A stretch of DNA of 32,000 nt, taken from the NCBI GenBank assembly GCA_016699955.1, contig CP064993.1, positions 570,001 through 602,000 on the forward strand, written 5' to 3'. The position numbers and the translations under genes are program-made. The notes under the pieces are model-generated. The model was not told the DNA's origin. It ran no database searches and saw only the letters and a program-made list of their open reading frames with translations. This document shows positions 28,731 to 32,000 of the stretch, one piece after another; position 1 is the first letter of the stretch, and every line of letters begins with the position of its first letter. The stretch is from Candidatus Saccharimonadota bacterium (lineage in GTDB: Bacteria > Patescibacteriota > Saccharimonadia > Saccharimonadales > UBA4665).

Positions 28731-31205
28731 ATGATGGCTGCAGCCTTATTGCGTCGTAACTGGCGCTTCGGGACAACTAGACTGACCGCATATATTTGCG
28801 CGGCCGAGCTGATGTTGGCTGTAGTATTCCCAATCTTTCATGCGTCGCCCGCAAATGCCGCAAATTTTAGCATGCGCGTTGGCTACTACCTAGGCACGGG
28901 CGCCACAAAAACCATAAGCGGGCTTGGCTTCCAGCCGCAACTGGTGATTATCCGCGCTTCGACGACTGCTGGAGTTTCCGTCTTTAAGACCAGCGCAATG
29001 CCAGCTGCCAACGTGGCGTATTTTAACGGAACGGTCGACAACACGGCAAATAACATTACACTGAACGCCGATGGTTTTAGTGTTGCTACACTTGCCAATG
29101 TCAATACGGCAAATGTACTGTACCGCTGGTATGCGTTTACTGGCTCAGATTGCTCATCGACGGGTTATTTTTGTATGGGCACATATACCGGAAACGGTGC
29201 TGCGAGCCGAGCAATTACGACCGGGTTTCAGCCAGACATGGTAACCGTGAAGCGCTCTACAAATGTTGGAGCTCATTTTCGCACAGCGGCAATGGCTGCA
29301 AATCGGACTGAGTTTTTCACGACGACCGCTGCAGATACGGCAGGGAATTACATTGCAAGCTTTGCTGCAACCAGTTTTACGGTTGGGGCAACAGATAATG
29401 TAAACGGCGGTGTTTATAACTTTTTTGCCTTCCGGGGCGGAGCTGGTAGCTTTGCTCAAGGAACATATAGCGGCAACGCTACTGACAACCAAGATATCAC
29501 CGGCGTTGGTTTCCAGCCAGACCTTGTTGTCGTAAAAAACAGCACAAGCGCAACGGCAAATAACCGACGCTCTATCATGTCAGGCGATAAGCATTTTGGA
29601 GACCTTTCAAGCTATCTGAGTGATGTAGTAGTAGATGGGGTCAATATGGTACAGGCTATGCAGAGCGATGGATTTCAGGTTGGGGCGGGAGTCAATGTCA
29701 ATCAGACAGGTACAACAATGTATTGGTTTGCTTTCGGCGGGGCACCAAGCCCAGCAGGTACCGGTACATTTAGTATGGCACAAGGGTCATATACTGGTAA
29801 CGGCGCAGCACGTTCAATAAGCGCCATAGGTTTTGCTCCCGACCTAGTTATCGTAAAGGACAACGCCGCAAACTTTGCCGTTTTTCGCATAAAACAGATG
29901 GCAGGGGACACTACAGCATATTTTGCATCTGCAACGGCAGATTTTGCTGGAGGGATAACATCACTCGGTAGCGACGATTTTAGCCTGGGAACAAGCACTG
30001 TTACAAATACCAACGGAAATACCTACCACTGGCAAGCCTTTGGCAATGCGTATACATCAGACACGAGCAGCGGTTCGGCAGATTTTGCAACGGGAGTATA
30101 CCATGGGAATGGTATAGGTAGCCGAGGGATAGCGGACATACCGTTTCAGCCAGATTTAGTTGCCATGAAAAGAAACTCAACCACAGCGGCAACGTTTCGC
30201 ACAAGTGCGCATAGCGGTGATATAAGCAGTTTTTTTGCTGCCACCGCTGATGCCGCAAATACTGTGCAAAGCTTGTTGGCAAATGGCTTTCAGGCCGGTA
30301 CTAATGCAGCCGTCAATAGCAGTGGCTCTTTATACCGATGGTTTGCTTTCAAATCTGGTACGAACTTTAGCGTCGGCTCCTACACTGGTAATGGCGTAAA
30401 CGGTAGGCAAGTGGCAGCACCATTTTGGTCTGATGCCATTTGGGTTAAGCGTTCTACGGCGGTTGCGGGGGTACTGCGCCCATCAACTCTCGCCGGTACG
30501 GCTACTCAATTATTTCCAAATACAGCCAACACCGCTACCGCAATCACCGCAATTAATGCAAGTGGATTTACCGTAGGAACCAATACGGCAACTAACACGA
30601 ACGGTGGTTTGTACCGTTACGCGGTCTGGAGAGTGCCCCCGACGGGAGGTCTTAGTGTCGATATTGTCGACAGTGGGGGTGCGACCGTCGGTTCTCCTTC
30701 AGTTGGATTTGGTAGTCTCGGCCTGGTTTTTAACTGCGCTGAAAGCAACGCAACACTGGGTGCTACCGAACAAAGAATCCGCGTAACGAATATGTCTGCC
30801 AATGCGAGCTGGGTGCTGTCAATTGCTCCGACGGGCGGAGTTAATGCGTTGTGGGATAATGTTGGTAATACGGCGCAGTACGACTTCAATGACATTACTG
30901 GTTCGCCAGCGGGGTGTAGCGACGGATCTGATAGTGATTCTGTTGCAGGTAAACTGCGTGTCGAACCGGCGCTCAGTACGATTACGCCGCAACTAGGATG
31001 TTCGGTTTCCAATGTGACCCGCGGAAGTGACGAAGACTACGATGATGGAACCGTCGATGCAATCAATCTCATGACTGCTGCCTCGGGTTCAAACACGGAA
31101 TGCTACTGGGAATTAACAGGGGTCACGCTGCGCCAAAACATCCCAGCCGAGCAGTTGCCTGGTACTTATAGCGTTGGACTTACCATAACCATTATCGCGC
31201 AATGA
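28731..31205 (+). CDS. Large secreted surface protein: six tandem ~99-aa repeats plus a 184-aa C-terminal WxL-like domain (tentative)
   Basis: N-terminal hydrophobic signal ending ASPANA|AN. Repeats share GxYxGNG...GFQPDLVxVK...FRT...GFxVG...VNxxGxxYxWxAF. The C-terminal domain carries SWVLSI and YWELTG and ends IPAEQLPGTYSVGLTITIIAQ. Confidence 0.85.
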   Translation: MMAAALLRRNWRFGTTRLTAYICAAELMLAVVFPIFHASPANAANFSMRVGYYLGTGATKTISGLGFQPQLVIIRASTTAGVSVFKTSAMPAANVAYFNGTVDNTANNITLNADGFSVATLANVNTANVLYRWYAFTGSDCSSTGYFCMGTYTGNGAASRAITTGFQPDMVTVKRSTNVGAHFRTAAMAANRTEFFTTTAADTAGNYIASFAATSFTVGATDNVNGGVYNFFAFRGGAGSFAQGTYSGNATDNQDITGVGFQPDLVVVKNSTSATANNRRSIMSGDKHFGDLSSYLSDVVVDGVNMVQAMQSDGFQVGAGVNVNQTGTTMYWFAFGGAPSPAGTGTFSMAQGSYTGNGAARSISAIGFAPDLVIVKDNAANFAVFRIKQMAGDTTAYFASATADFAGGITSLGSDDFSLGTSTVTNTNGNTYHWQAFGNAYTSDTSSGSADFATGVYHGNGIGSRGIADIPFQPDLVAMKRNSTTAATFRTSAHSGDISSFFAATADAANTVQSLLANGFQAGTNAAVNSSGSLYRWFAFKSGTNFSVGSYTGNGVNGRQVAAPFWSDAIWVKRSTAVAGVLRPSTLAGTATQLFPNTANTATAITAINASGFTVGTNTATNTNGGLYRYAVWRVPPTGGLSVDIVDSGGATVGSPSVGFGSLGLVFNCAESNATLGATEQRIRVTNMSANASWVLSIAPTGGVNALWDNVGNTAQYDFNDITGSPAGCSDGSDSDSVAGKLRVEPALSTITPQLGCSVSNVTRGSDEDYDDGTVDAINLMTAASGSNTECYWELTGVTLRQNIPAEQLPGTYSVGLTITIIAQ

Positions 31206-31987
31206 AAAAGGTATTGATTTGTGCTCTGCTGGCTGGCGTGTGGATCGCTGCGTTGCCTCCGCAGAGGGGCAGTGCACTACCGATTGTTTCTTTGCGACAG
31301 AACATCACACAGATTAGTTGCGTGCTGACAACGGTGGTTCGTGATGATGGTAGTCTCAGGTACGTTATTGTGCCGGGTTGTGGTGCTTTAGTTGTACCAG
31401 AGCTTTACGCAAAGCAGCCACAACTTATTACGCACCAGCTGTCTCAGTTCGCCGTTCCAACCCAAGGTGAAGCAGCAAAACTGTTTCTGCGAACAAAACC
31501 AATCTACCTTGACACCAGCGCAGAAAACCAACCTGCGGGTGGCTATGTGCTGCTTGTGTATAAGGATATCAAATATGCTTTCCTGTTGCCGGGAGAACGG
31601 TTCCGTTTGCATGATCGTACGTTTGAAATAATTAGTATTAAAAATGGTACGCTAAATATACGATTTTTGCCCGAGGGCAAGGAGACAGCCGTGAAGCTGG
31701 GAGAAACCATTCGTCTGCAGCTTGCCTACGATGGTACTCCGGATGTCTCACTTACATTTATCCAACAGAATATCGATGGTAGTGTGCTCGTTCGCGTGCG
31801 ATTTCCCGTACAACAAGAGGTAATGCAGCTTGTGGAAGAGCAGCGCACCGCCGACATCGCGACGATGCTGTTGCTGGTTTTTGGGGGGAGTTTACTAGTA
31901 CTGTTCCTACAAAGTAAGACGTTAGCCCGTCGTGGCATACCCAGCGCAACGTGGTGGAATACTCATACGCATCAACCACTTGGCTAG
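31202..31987 (+). CDS. Signal-peptide protein with a C-terminal TM anchor (261 aa), unknown family
   Basis: The start overlaps the upstream stop (ATGA). Signal MKKVLICALLAGVWIAALP. C-terminal helix IATMLLLVFGGSLLVLFL followed by KTLARRG. Confidence 0.75.
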   Translation: MKKVLICALLAGVWIAALPPQRGSALPIVSLRQNITQISCVLTTVVRDDGSLRYVIVPGCGALVVPELYAKQPQLITHQLSQFAVPTQGEAAKLFLRTKPIYLDTSAENQPAGGYVLLVYKDIKYAFLLPGERFRLHDRTFEIISIKNGTLNIRFLPEGKETAVKLGETIRLQLAYDGTPDVSLTFIQQNIDGSVLVRVRFPVQQEVMQLVEEQRTADIATMLLLVFGGSLLVLFLQSKTLARRGIPSATWWNTHTHQPLG

Positions 31988-32000
31988 GGGGATGACTTAT

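Noticed and set aside
28448-28759. 103-aa alternative-frame ORF
   Set aside because: It overlaps the polybasic tail of the 515-aa gene in another frame. Its Arg/Lys richness is a frame shadow.

Overview
The window reads as chromosomal DNA from a small-genome Saccharibacteria (TM7)/CPR-like bacterium. This is inferred from 16S signature positions and an insertion-rich 23S, not from a database search.

Gene content, left to right:
- tRNA-Pro.
- A PCD-like/RNase H fusion gene.
- A small membrane protein overlapping a membrane-anchored two-ring Clp/Hsp100-like ATPase.
- RNase P RNA.
- A hypothetical gene.
- The infC-rpmI-rplT operon on the minus strand.
- A multiply disrupted comM/yifB pseudogene.
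- A signal-dense 518-bp intergenic region.
- Two small genes plus a 982-aa TraD/VirD4-like P-loop ATPase.
- gyrB-gyrA.
- A broken-up rRNA locus: 16S with its own promoter, processing stems and terminator; then a convergent membrane-protein/GNAT gene pair and an IS30-family element; then tRNA-Ala and tRNA-Ile; then a separately promoted 23S-5S unit. The 23S is about 3.47 kb and carries several stem-closed expansion or intervening segments.
- A four-gene signal-peptide operon at 26437-31987 that runs to the window edge.

The most interesting candidate is that last operon. Its small protein, membrane-anchored protein and large repeat protein resemble the small-WxL / DUF916-TM / large-WxL surface loci of Firmicutes. 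It differs by having six novel ~99-aa tandem repeats and an unexpected LysM plus polybasic tail placed after the membrane anchor.

No CRISPR array was seen. RNA ends and motif coordinates were hand-counted and may be off by a few nt. No HMM or database search could be run.
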